From Callorhinchus milii (taxonomy: Eukaryota): a DNA stretch of 64,000 nucleotides. The DNA lies in the NCBI RefSeq assembly GCF_018977255.1, contig NW_024704743.1, forward strand, positions 95,296,001 through 95,360,000, read 5' to 3'. The notes under the pieces are model-generated. The model was not told the origin of the DNA. It did not search any database and worked only from the letters and a program-made list of their open reading frames with translations. Position 1 is the first letter of the stretch. Each line of letters starts with the position of its first letter. Shown here piece after piece: positions 44,765 through 57,417 of the stretch. Position numbers and translations under genes: made by a program.

Positions 44765-45280
44765 CCACATGAACATAAACTATATGAAGTAAGCCTTTTG
44801 GCCATCCTATCTTATCCCTCCAGAATATCCACTGTACCAGCTTCCCATGACAGCATCAAGCTGCTTTTTGAACGAGTCTAGTGCCATGGCCTCAACCACC
44901 TTTCCTGGCAACCTGTTTCAGTCGTTAATTATCTAGGAGTGAAGAACAATTTCCTGCGTCTGTCCTGGAATTGCCCTTCGCAATGCTAACTCTAAGTCAT
45001 TTTGTTCTACTGTCCAGGTACATCGTATAGCATTGTTCTAGACTTACTTCTTCAATCCTATTTAAAATGTTATACATCAGTATAAGGTCCACTCTGAGTT
45101 GTCTTCTCTCAAGACTGAAGACCACTATCTTATCTAATTGTTCTTCATAACTCATTCCTCTAACACTGGGGATAATCCTTATTGCGCTCCTCTTTGCTGC
45201 TGGAAAAGCCTACTTATGTTGCAGTGAGCAGAACAGTATGCAGTATCTAGTTGCACTCAGAACAAGCGCTATACAACAAA
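44765..45280 (-). mobile_element. Old CR1 LINE fragment
   Basis: Minus strand encodes a degenerate LFSLE.RRLR.DLI..YKIL-type CR1 RT C-terminus. Confidence 0.6.
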
Positions 45281-45745
45281 ATTCATGATTGTTTTCCAAA
45301 GATACATACAGACTAAAATGTTAAGACAACGGTTTCTAGATTTAAGAACACATAGAGTACTGAGCCCCTTCATGAGGAAATAAAATTAGATTTTTTAATT
45401 TCATCTCATCTGAAAATATTAAGTGTGTAGAAGGAAGCCATTCATCCCATCATGTCTGTGTTGCTGCCACCTTCCCCGTAGGAGAAATCTACACTAACCT
45501 CATTCCCTTGTACTTTCTCCGTATCCTTATATCTTCATTCTTCTATTTCTCCTTGGATTTTCGGCACTGTGTCCTTTGCTTGTTGGAAACTTTGAAATTA
45601 GGAGCAAAATGTAGGGACAAACATGTGTAACAACATTTTGAAATCGGTCCAGATTTCAGTGGCCCTATTCATTAGCATCTGACAGATATACTACAGATCA
45701 ACCAGTGAGACCACAGGATATACTGGGGTAGTTCATGAAATATAA

Positions 45746-46897
45746 TACAAAATGACATTTGTAAAGTGGCTTTCACATCGGGAGGACATCCCAAGGCACT
45801 GAAGAGTCAGGGATTAGGACCCAAGCGGGAGGGGGTAGGTGTTGGGATCAGAGAAGGTGCAGGGCAGGGAGGGTGGGGTAGGAGGGTGCCCGAGGACATG
45901 GTTGAAGAGGAGGGTCTTGAGGCATGCCTTGAAGGAGGCAAAGGAGGGAGGGAGCGAGGCAAAGGGAGTGTGGGATGGAGTTCCAGAGGGTGTGGGCAGA
46001 GAGGCTGATGGTGGGGTGGAATGGGCGGGTTCATGGAGCTGAACGGAGGGAGCAAACAGGTTGATAAGGGGCTAGCAAGTTGGAGAGGTAGGAGGGGGCA
46101 AGACCGTAGAGGTGAGGACGAGAATTTTGAACTCAATCCTCTGAAGAATGGGGAGCCAGTGGAGCCAGGTGAGGGATGGGGTCATGGAGCCTGGTGTGGG
46201 AAAGGACACGATCTGCAGAGTTCTGGATGATCTGCAGCTTGTGGAGGGAAGAGTTGGGAACGCCGATAAACAGAAGGTGTTGACATAGTCCAGCCTGGTT
46301 GTAATGAAGGCATGTGTGAGGGTTTTGGAGGCCTGAAGGGTGAGGCAGTGGCAGAGTTGGGCAAGGCTGCAGAGGTGGGAGAAGGCAGAGCAGTTCATGG
46401 CACGGATGTGGGGGAGAAAGGACAGTTGAGGGTTGAACAAGATGTCTAGGTTCCTGACTGGCTTGGTGAGATGGAAAGTGCATCCATGGATGGTGATGCT
46501 ACCAGTGCCTGAGGTGTGGAGGCACTGACGGGAGCCAATTAGGAGGGCCTCGGCCTTGCTGACGTTCAACTGTAGAAAGTTAGGCCTCATCCAGGACTTG
46601 ATGTCTAGCAGGCATCTGTCAGGACATTAGTGGTCCTGGGGTTGAGAGTGGATGTTGACCCCATGTCTGCGGATGACATCACCAAGAGGGAGCATATACA
46701 GGTTGAAGAGGAGGGGACAGAGGACAGAGCCCTGAGGAATACCACACGAGATGATGCGGGGGCTGGAGGAGAAGCCATTTCTGGAGACAAAGTGGGGCCG
46801 GTGTGAGAGATAGGATTTGAACCATTCAAGGATAGAACCATGAAGATTGAGGTGAGAGAAGAGGCAGTGGAGCTGGATAAAGTGGTCCACAGTGTCA
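45746..46897 (-). mobile_element. L2-type LINE fragment (~1.15 kb)
   Basis: [44 protein letters not shown] and HAFITTRLDY motifs. Confidence 0.93.
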
Positions 46898-48317
46898 AAA
46901 GTACACACTGCTGTGTGAAAATTGGCTGCCACACTTCATCTACAAAGTACACAGTGATTACACTTGACAGTATAGCCTGTAAAGCGCTTTGAGATGTCCT
47001 CCCAATGTGTAAGGCACTGTACCAAATGTAAGCATTATTATTATCTATGCATACATATATATAATACATGCTTACAAGCTCTTTATCCAGCAAAGATCAC
47101 TTAATAGCAATGAGGAGCCGGACCCCTGGTGTTTATTGCCCCTTCCTAGGCCACGACACTGAGACTGATTGTGGTAGCATCACAGGTGCTCCAGCTGAGT
47201 TCAGGTAACTCAGGTACAAGAGAGGATTCTCAAAGCCATAAACAGCTGCCAATCATCTATTGATTTGGGCACGAATCTCTGAGAAATCAGGAAAAATACA
47301 TTAAAATAAAAAGAGAGTAGGCGGGTATATACATTTCAGGACAATGAAACAAGAGGAGAATCATTCATCCAGGAGGAATGATGGTTCTGGTTGATAAGGA
47401 AACTGTTTTGGGAGAGGAGGCAAAGGAGGACACATACATTGGCTCCGATTTAATTGTATTATTTTGTTTTCCACAAACTTTTACAGGCTTCAGTTAGCTT
47501 TCGTCATACATCCTTATGAAATCTTTTGGCTACCTCAGATATATAACATATTTGAATACAACAACAACAAAATTGCATTTGTAAAGCACCTTTCTCATTG
47601 GAATACAGTATACCCCATTGTAATTTAGGCAGTGAAACTGATTCAAAACCACTAGAAAATAATGGAAATCAGCAACATTGCAGTGTCCTACACAGATTAA
47701 CACTATATTTGCAAAATCACAAAGAGTGGCAAGGAAGTGTGAATATTTGTGAAAAACATTCTTATTGCTTCACATTTTTCCCCGTCACTGACTGGATCAC
47801 ACACACATCTTGTGTAATTGAAAAACTCAATTTTAGCAGTATTGGTGATAAGCCAAACCTATCCCCATTTACCCTGCAGACATTGGTGTGCCTTCAACAG
47901 TAAAATGATTCTCTGGAATGCTGTGTGTACATACTTACCTAAAATGTACAGACTCCACCCGCCTAACAGGTAAACCAACTCCTCTGGGACTGGGCCCCAA
48001 ACATTCACATTCCTTTAACACAAACTATTACCCTGTAATTGTTACCTGTCAAACAAGTAAACTAGATCTCTTCAACCAAGCCCAAGCAGCTTAGCTTTTC
48101 ACATGAAAACTTTATTCTTGGAAATATATGCAGACATTTGCTAAGGTGATAAGCAGATTTTTTCATTAACTCTCAAAGGATTAGGATTTTACAAGTTCCT
48201 TTTTTTAGAACAAGTCATTGGTAGAAACTTTTCATTTGTGATTAAACCTATGGTTTGAGTTTGAATCTATCCCCTTTAGTACTCCAGTCAACTGGGCACC
48301 CTGTTTCAAGCCTTCAG

Positions 48318-48479
48318 CTCCCCTCTCGACTCTCTACCCCCTCCTCGCTCCCTCCCTTCCCTCCCCTCACCCTGACCATTTCCCCCCTGCTCGGGTCCTG
48401 ACCCAACTGTACAGCGCCTTGGGACGTCCTCCCGACGTGAAAGGCGCTCTATAAATGGAATCTTGTTGTTGTTGTTGTT
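48318..48479 (+). mobile_element. Young L2-type LINE 3' end
   Basis: GGGACGTCCTCCCGACGTGAAAGGCGCTCTATAAAT plus (TTG)n tail. Confidence 0.82.
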
Positions 48480-50029
48480 TATAAGCAATGGAAAAGTGTA
48501 GATATACGAGCATGTTACCAGGTTTCAGTTAAGAAGAGAGACTTGAGAAGTTAGGTCTTTTTTTGCTGAAACTGAAATGGTTAAGGGGGGACCTGATAGA
48601 AGTCTTGAAACTATATGATAAGATTTATCGACAGTATAAATACGATATCCTAGGGCAAGGATGAAAGGTTCAATTTGGCATTATTAAAAAGAATGCTTTA
48701 GCCTCCAGGGTGCTTTAAGTGGCAGCCAGTGGGCTGCATCTGCCTGCTCCCTCCATTTCATCTGGCCCACCCCACTCCCTCTATAACTCATAAACTTTAT
48801 GTTATATCTCTGGATGGAAAACAAAAAATATTGCTTATGCAGCACGCAGATGTTTCTCAACCAGGGCATCTGACCCTCGGCAACCAAAAGGTTGGACCAT
48901 TCTCAGACAGGAACCCCAGAGAGAAATACACATCCGGAAATGGAGAGGCAGATCTAAAAAAAACAAGTAATACTATATAAAACATGGCTTACAAATTACG
49001 ATTGTATTTATCAACTTGTAAATTCTGGATGCTCTGAAATCCTACTTTAATAGAATAAATATGGTCCCAGGAGAATTTCTGCCCATCAATGGGCTGTCAA
49101 GTGCATCCTTCCATCTAATATAGCTCCTTTCATGCCTAAACAGGATAGTTTGTTCCGTAAAATGTAGTGACTGTTTTTAGATGAAAATTTTCACATCATT
49201 ACATTAGGGAAAGAAAGGACAGCTCAGGGTCGAACATGTTATTATGTTGTCAAGACATTGCAAAAGGTTTCACAGGATTTTACTGTGAAGTGCATTGACT
49301 GTCTATTTGTAGGTGAACGCAACAGCCAATTTGCATGCAGCAATGTCTCAACATTGTGCGAGAACCTCCCTCCTCTTTTTGAAAAATTTAATGGGTCTTT
49401 AACATCCACCTGGACAGGCAGACCGGCTTCTAAGAGTAGGATGAAAGATTTGTCAGCAGAAGTAAAATATATCACTCTGATAAAAAAAAGGTATGATGCA
49501 TAAGCTTGAAAAATGACTTGTAAATGGGGATTCAGTGAAATTACTAATTTGTTCTTTGGACATGTGGATTACATAGTTTTATGTCACCCGGTTAGCCTTC
49601 TTTCACTTTCATTTATCCACTTCAACAACAAAATCGAATGACTTGCCTTGTGAAGGACATGCCAGTTTGCCAGCTTCATGAACTAGATTATTTGTTAACA
49701 ACTGCAGAAAACAAAATTACAGGAACTGATATTGCAGGTGCCTGAAGGAATAGGGACCTGGGATAGTCACTCAAGTGGTGCATTGTTTAAGTGGTTGTTG
49801 CACAATTCCTGTCATATCCTAGCCTGTGCAGACACGGTTGTGGCTTTGTGATTGTTAATCAGTCTCGAATGACTGACAGTTAACCTAATAAACCATTCTT
49901 TACAATTTTTTGCAACAGTTTTCTGGTGTCCTCCTTCTCCAGCTGCATCATGTCAATAAATGCAGCTGTGTTTCTTCCTCTCCCACCACTCCCTCTATGA
50001 TTCACTTTTATCCAGTTTTTGAAACAGGA

Positions 50030-50490
50030 CAGATACTCCACTCCATCATTTTCCAGCTCTCCTACTTGCTCCACTTCTATGTCCTTCTTTGACTCTTACC
50101 TATCTTCATTTTGTCTCCACCAACGACTTCTTCCATCAAATGGATACTCATATATGGCATCCATCCCAGCTCCATCCTTGGTCCTCTCCTCATCACCTTC
50201 AACATGGTTTGCCTTGGTGACATCACCCTTAGACATGGGGTATGTGGGTGACACCCAACTCTATCTCTGTGCTTATCTTCTCAATTGGAGGACCACTGCT
50301 GTCCTGCCTTTCAGATATCAAGCCTTAGTAAACTCTAACTTTCTACAGCCCAGTGATGACAAGCTCGAAGCTCTCCTGTTTGGCTCCCGCTAAAGTCTTC
50401 TCACTTCAAGCACTGACCACATCAATCTTCATGGGTGTTCACTCCAACTCACAGAGTTAATATGGAACCTTGATGTCTTGCTCAACCCCC
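50030..50490 (+). mobile_element. Old L2-type LINE RT fragment
   Basis: YVGDTQLY (YADDTQLY-like) and NFLQ...KLEALL.G motifs. Confidence 0.7.
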
Positions 50491-50621
50491 AACGATCCTA
50501 GAGCAGATACTCTGTTTCTTAAACGAAAAATTGTTCTATGTGTAGTGAGAAGCAACTCCTTATCTGATCTACAGTTAGCATTGAGAGTCAGTCTACCCCA
50601 AATATAGTCTTAAGAGTCTGT

Positions 50622-50940
50622 GGAGTCCTGTAGCTCAGTGGTTAGAGCACTCGCTTTGCAAGCGAGAGACCTGAGTTCAATTCCAGGCAGGGCGAAACCT
50701 TGGGCAAGTTTCCTTACTCCACACGCCTAATAATAATCCCTCCAAAACCAAAAACAATAATAAATTGGTCATTTTCAATCTACGACTGTTTGTGGGACAT
50801 TGTTGTGCGCAATTGGCTGCCGCGTTCGCCCACAAATATACAGTCAATTCACTTTACAGTGTGTTCTGTGAAGCGCTTTGGGACGTCCTCCCGACGTGAA
50901 AAGCGCTATATCAAATGCAAGGATTATTATTTATTATTAT
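50622..50940 (+). mobile_element. Young full-length tRNA-Ala(TGC)-headed SINE with an L2-like tail
   Basis: Head GGAGTCCTGTAGCTCAGTGGTTAGAGCACTCGCTTTGCAAGCGAGAGACCTGAGTTCAATTCC (A and B boxes); tail GGGACGTCCTCCCGACGTGAAAAGCGCTATATCAAATGCAAGGA(TTA)n; many copies in the window. Confidence 0.92.
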
Positions 50941-51602
50941 TTAAGAATCCATTGCTGTACACAGAGGAGTTACAAATAGTCACAATACATTCCCCCATTC
51001 ATAACAGCCTATCTTTGTGCATCAAAATCAAATTAATATTGGTTCACATTTGCTCGCATTCTGGAGTCTCAATCTTCTATCTTCATAATAGTATCTCAAC
51101 TTCTGAAAGAAAGATTTGCTGGATTGAGAAAACATCAGTTCCCCTGTCTCCAGGAAAGCCCGGCTGCAATTATTCCATTTGACATGAAGCAGATCTTCAA
51201 AATGCATGAACAGAAAACCGGTCAAATCCTATTTCTTGACCCGATAGTCTTCTTGCTTCCATCCTTCGAAAGAATGCAGAGAAACTATGATAATTAACCG
51301 CTTGGATAGTCAACCCCACATAACTAATCACTCACTCAAGTTCTCTAGCCATCGTGGAAAAAGCTGTAGAGTACATTGCTGCATTCTTGCCACAGGTGGA
51401 AGAAACAACTGTTCTGTACTTCGTAAATGCAAGATACAACTTGAAGCTTCCCAAAAATATAATCTGACTCAAATGACCCACTTACTCATGGCTAGAATCT
51501 CTTCGATTTGAGTTACAATCAGATTCACATTTCAACAACTTGAAATACTGCTTGATGACTCGAGAGGAAAGATTGCAGAAACTTAAGGATAACCCTTCAG
51601 TG

Positions 51603-52458
51603 CATAGAATCAGAGAATTATGCAGCACAGAAGGAGGCCATTCGGCCCATTGTGTCTGTGCCGGCTCTTTGAAAAGAGCTATCCAAATCAATCCCACTCC
51701 CCCGCTCTCTCCCCATAGCCCTGCAAACTTGTCCTCCCCAAATAATTATCTACTTCTCTCTTAAAAGTTGTTATCGAATCGGCTTCCATCGGCTTTCAGG
51801 CAATGCATTCCAGATCAAAACAACTCGCTGCGTGAAAATATTTGTCCTCACCTACCCTCTGTTTCTTTTAACAATTATTTTAAATTGGTGTCCTCGGGTT
51901 ACCGAACCACCCGCCAGTGGAAATAGTTACTCCTTGTTCACCCTATCAAATCCCCTCATAATTTTGTAAACTTCAATTAAGTCTCCTCTTAACCTTCTCT
52001 GCTCCAAGGAGAATAACCCTCGCTTCTCTAGCCTCTCCTGATAACTGAAGTCCCTCATTCCTGGTACCATCCTGGAAATCTCCTTTGCACTCTCTCCAAT
52101 GCCTTGACATCCTTCCTAAAGTGTGGTGCCCAGAACTGAACACAGTCTCCAGCTGAGACCTAACCAATGTTTTATAAAGATTCATCGTAACTTCCTGACT
52201 TTTGTATTCTACGCCCCTATTTATAAAGCCTAGTATCCCGTATGTTTTTTTAAATAGCTATATCTACCTGTCCTGCCACCTTCAAAGATTTACTTAGATG
52301 AACCCTCAGGTCTCTCTGTTCCTTCACCCCCTTTAAGATTCTACCATTTAGCTTATGTTGCTTCTCCTCATTCTTCCTCCCAAAATGCATCACTTCATAT
52401 TTCTCCACATTAAACTTCATCTGCCACATGTTCTGCCCATTTTACGAGTCTGTCTATG
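51603..52458 (-). mobile_element. CR1 LINE 3' fragment (RT C-terminus plus 3' UTR)
   Basis: LYKTLVRSQLE and LFSLEQRRLRGDLIEVYKIMRGFDRV across frames; TTCTATG-type tail. Confidence 0.9.
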
Positions 52459-53850
52459 GATGACTTTTGCTTTCTTTAGCCATGGCTCACTGGGGGCAGA
52501 TGGAGTCCATTGCCAGTGCTTGCTCAACTTCTCATGGAATCAGTAAGTAGTGTTAGGGCTTGATTTCAGGGGTGACTTCTATACCTTGAGGTGATCATCC
52601 TTCATATTCCCAGCCAAACCTGAACCTGTCTTCACTAGAATGGGAGAGGGAAAATGATGATCCTTGCATTTGATACCGTACATTTCATGTCAGGTGGTCA
52701 TCTCAAATGATATACTGTAAAGGGTAATAACTAGGGATTGTAATCCTGGGATTGTATGAAGGCCAGGCCTGGGCAGAAGGGGGTGGCTGGCTTTCCGCTT
52801 CCCTAGAAATGGGCCACATGTCACCGTGTCAATGAGGTGGTGGGTGGGTGCTTACCTCGCGCAGGATACCTGCGTTTTTTTTCTCCGCTCCACTAGTAAT
52901 AATTTTTCTCCGCTCCACTTCATTTGATGTAGCACCTTATCAATGTCTTTACAATGTCTCAAAGTGCTTCACAGAATATAATGTTAAGTGAATTGACTGT
53001 ATATTTTGTGAACGAAACCCGGCAGCCAATTACCCACAGCAATGTCCCACAAACAGTCGTGGAATGAGTGACCAAATTATTTTTATTTATTTTGAAATAT
53101 CCTGGAATTCCAAAAGAGCATCAGGATTTCAATGCCTAGTAGTGACTGAGCATTTTGTGAGTGAACGCAGCAGTCAATTTGCACACATTACTGTCGTACA
53201 AACAGCCATGAAGTGAATAACCAATTTTATTTGATGGATTGTTGGACAGAGACACCATTCTCTTCCATGAGATTTTTAACATCCACCATTACACATGTGG
53301 CATAAATTACACAGTGATTGTCTGCAGCTGTTTTCTATAAAAGAGAAATAAAAGCACTGAGATTATCAACAAAGACATAGTCTATTCATAGATGAAAGAA
53401 ATAGGTTGCACAATCAATTTGGGTGACTAGGTGTGTTTGTATTGTACACTTCACGCTTTGTTATAAAACTGTAATAAAAAAGGAGCAATATATAAATGTC
53501 AATTCCTGAACAACTAGTTCACTTCAAAGCTTTCATTATTTTTCTAATTTTCTCTTGTTGACCTGGTAAAGGCTGAGACTTGAGTCCACAAGTGCCCTCC
53601 AGTACCTCACAATGACCACGCTGCATATTCCCAGCCTAACCTGAATCTGCTTTCTCTCGAATGGGAGAGGTAAAATAATAATCCTTGCATCTGATATGGC
53701 ATTTTTCATGTCAAGTAGGTAACTCAAAGGATGTACTGCAAAGTATAGTGGCTGAACATTTTGTGGATGAATGCAGTTGCTAATTTACACACAGCAATAT
53801 CCCACAAACAGCCATGAAATGAGTAACCAGTTCTCTTCAACCATGCCTTC

Positions 53851-54014
53851 ACCTCCCCTCTCGAATCTCTACCCCCTCCTCGCTCCCTCCCTTCCCTCCA
53901 CTCATCTTGACCATTTCCCCCCTGCTCAGGTCCCGACCCAACTGTCCAGCGCCTTGGGACATCCTCCCGACGTGAAAGGCGCTCTATAAATGCAATCTTG
54001 TTGTTGTTGTTGTT
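53851..54014 (+). mobile_element. Young L2-type LINE 3' end nested in an older SINE
   Basis: Near copy of 48318-48479, with (TTG)n tail. Confidence 0.82.
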
Positions 54015-54019
54015 GTAAT

Positions 54020-54268
54020 CAATTTTATTTGGTGGATTATTGTGCAGAGAGACTCCCTCCTCTTTTCAAGAGTGCCATTAGATCTTGAATATCCACCTAA
54101 ATAAGCAGACAGAACCTTAGTTTAATATCTCATTTGAAGTACGGCATCTCTAACAATACAGCACGTCCCAGTACTGCACTGGAATGTCAGCCTAAACTTG
54201 TGATCTCAAAGTCACAATGTGTTGCATGAACCCACTGGCGAGAGCGCTACTATTAGCCAGGCTGACAC
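54020..54268 (-). mobile_element. Deu-domain SINE fragment
   Basis: Homologous to 42880-43140. Confidence 0.65.
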
Positions 54269-56518
54269 ATAATGTTTTTAGTAAGAATGGGGAGGTCGTT
54301 GCTGCAATAAATTCTGGCTTGTTTTTATTCTCAATATTTTGGTATTTTAGGAAGGAATCTACTTGGTTCTGCGAAATGAAGGAGAGCAAGTGAATGACTC
54401 AGCACAGTAGTACAGCAACATTTGGGAATCACATTGTAAGGTAACGAGGTTCATTTGAAGAATAAAAAGGAAAGTGCGAGGGCAAAGATTTTTGGCTGGA
54501 AACAAGCAAAATAAAAAGGAGCCTTGTCTAAATTAACTGGGAAGAGAAATTAGCAAATCAGTCAGCAATGGGAAACATTAAAACTCGAGATGGAAAGGGT
54601 ATGAAGCAGGTTTCAAGTGAACTTTGGGCATTTCATGGGCAAGAAACCAATTTTAAATACTGCTGATTTCTTATTGTTTGATAATTAATGCAACCCCACT
54701 CCATGGAGAACCATAGCAATTGTTATACATAAAATATTGAGAATAAAAATAAGCCTGAATTAATTGCAGCAAAGACCTCCCATGAAACATACATGTCAAC
54801 CTGGCTTAGATAGTAGGAAACCATTTGGCCCACTTTTTAGTGTCACTGTTTGCTTCTCCAAGAAGCTATCCATTCTAATCTCAATTTGCTATTCTCTTCC
54901 CGTACCATCTGGTACTCTTCCTCTGCATATGTTCCTAGCAATGAGGCAACAAGGAGAAACTGGCCACTTCTGGAGCACAGTTATTCAACCCGACCCATGA
55001 ACAGCATATTAGTGGAATCTGGGCAATCTCTGTGATCCTCAAGCCATGCTCCCTGTCTACATTTCCTTTACTCTGTGTATTGCATCACTGAAACCTGCCT
55101 GTTTGTCAAATCTGCTGCAAAGTACTGAACAGTACAAGATGGTTCGCAAACTTACCTGCAGGTCACAGGGCAATTCACATTAAGAAATTCTGACCACAAT
55201 AATGATATTTATATGCACAACTTCAATAAATTGAATTTGTGAAAAATGTACAAAGACAATTATTAGCAGATAGATAAAACTTGCATGTATAAATCATATA
55301 AATTACTCTCGTACTTTATCAAAGTCTCTTTTGCATATCAAAGGAGATTAAAATGAACCTTTATTGCAAAGATTATTGTCTAATTAAAAGTAAAGAGTAA
55401 ATAATGCCATCAATACCATAGTATCCCCCATATATCACTTACAAAGCATAGTTAGGTATGTACATATTGGGAGATGACCAAAGGCACAATCAAAGAGGAA
55501 GGCAAGGGAAGTGTAAATCAAATCATACAAATGTTCACCTTGAGCACGGTGGTCAGTTGAAATAGTTTATCTTCTTGGTCAGTTTCAGCTTGGAGCAGGT
55601 GGAGAAGGGCTATTTCCAAGGACCAAAAGCATTTTACAGGATCTACTATAAAATGAGGGTATTGACTGTGTAGGCACACGGCTGGTATGCTGGAATTACT
55701 GACAGGACAGTGGCCAACAAGTTGCATGAACAAGTGAATTTAAATGCTGAACAGGTGCACTTCCAAATCAACTCCTCTAGCTCAGACATGCCTGCAAACA
55801 CCAAATAAAATTATTAGTCTCCGAACACAAACACGAGGGATCATGTACCTGAAAACTTTTTGTTAAAAGCTTTCTTTGTTCCTAATTTTGTTATTGTTTG
55901 GGATTTTTTTTTGACAAGAAGTCAGCTGTATAAGTTTAAAGAAAAGTAATTGCAATTTATGGATGATATCCCATTTCATGATAGATTTATTGTCATGTGA
56001 CATGGTAAAGAACCACATCTCACCTTGTGCACTTGCTGGGCTGCACCTCCTTGCATCACCAGTCAATGTGGAAACAAACCCTTCCTATACTACTTGCTTC
56101 ATTTTGCTTCCATCCGTATTATAGAAAAATCTTTCTTCTACTTCTCTCCTGATTTTTTGTTGTCAACCAGGTGTCGATTACCTACACATACACAAATACT
56201 CATCCGAAGGACAGCACCTCAGACATTACAGCGCTTCCCCAGCACAGCACTGCGGTGTCAGCCTAGACTATGATCTCAAAGTGTAGGGTTTGAACTCACA
56301 ACCTTCTGGACTCAGAGACAAGAGCACTACCAATTGAGCCAGGTTGATACCTGTCGTTATGTACTGATGTTATCGTTAATAATATTCTGACTGAGAACAG
56401 AATGTGCTGCATTTTCGCCTTTAAAAAAATCCATAAAGAGTGCCACCAGGCATAGAAAGGATTTCATTTTTGCCAATTTGTTCCCCACTTTCTTTAACAG
56501 AACTACTGAAGTGATAAT

Positions 56519-56680
56519 GGAGTCCTGTAGTGAGTTGGTTAGAGCACTTGCCTTACAAGCAGGAGGACCCGAGTTCGATTCCTGGGCAGAGCGAAACCTT
56601 AGGCAAGTTTCCTAATGCCACACGCCTCTGTTTATTTAGCAGTAAGTAGTAGCCTGGTTGTTAGTTAATTGGTGACTGCA
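56519..56680 (+). mobile_element. tRNA-headed SINE, 5' portion
   Basis: GGAGTCCTGTAG...GGTTAGAGCAC...GAGTTCGATTCC head. Confidence 0.75.
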
Positions 56681-57177
56681 GCCATGCACTCCGGTACCAG
56701 GCACCGTGAGGGTATAATCCCTATCCTTGCTCAGCTCCATTGGCTCCCATCCCACAATTTTGATCAAGTTCAAAATCTTCATTCTCACCTTTAAATATCT
56801 CCAAGGTCTTGCTCCACCCGAACGGAAGTAAGGAGTCGTTGACCACAGATGTACATCTGTGATTGCCTTCAACCCTACTGACCCAGCTACTCCCTTTGCT
56901 GGGTGAGCACCGGCCTGCTTCATGTTCCCTATCCTATCCTCCCCATCATCGATAAGTGAACTTTCAGCTATTCTGTCTCCGCTCTCTGGAACTGCATCCT
57001 ACAGTCCTTTCGACTCCTTCCCTCCCTTCCCTACTAAGGTTGTATCAAACCTCTTTGACATCATTTTTGCTCATCCTTCCCCCCCTCATCCACCTCAGCT
57101 CCCACCCCTAGCTCGGGAGTCCATTCAAGTTCAGGGCGTGCTTTGGGACATTCTCCTGACTTGAAAGGTGTTATATC

Positions 57178-57417
57178 CGGGCAGGGCGAAACCTTGGGCA
57201 AGTTTTCTTACTCCACACGCTTGATAATAATTCAATAATAATAAATTGGTCACTTCAATCCACGACTGTTTGTGGGACACTGCTGTGCACAATTGGCTGC
57301 TGCGTTTTGCCTACAAATATACAATCAATTCACTTTACAGTATATTCTATGAAGCATTATGAGACATCTAGAAGACGTGAAAAGCGCTATATCAAATGCA
57401 AGGATTATTATTATTAT
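57178..57417 (+). mobile_element. 5'-truncated tRNA-headed SINE
   Basis: Body and (TTA)n tail homologous to 50685-50940. Confidence 0.85.

Noticed and set aside
50622..50695. SINE heads as functional tRNA genes
   Set aside because: No proper acceptor stem, and they continue into the SINE body
50700..51182. 160-aa ORF (and the similar 62090-62494 ORF)
   Set aside because: The first half is SINE sequence; the same peptide appears wherever the SINE does
52590..53680. Two segments (~52595-52655 and ~53613-53672) translating to similar peptides DH..YSQPNLNL.SLEWER with mostly synonymous differences
   Set aside because: Both frames have stops nearby, both are followed by SINE tails, and the minus strand resembles an old repeat also seen at ~32975 (GTGAGGAAAGGTTAGGCTTGGCTG); more likely repeat copies than exons, though a BLASTX would settle it
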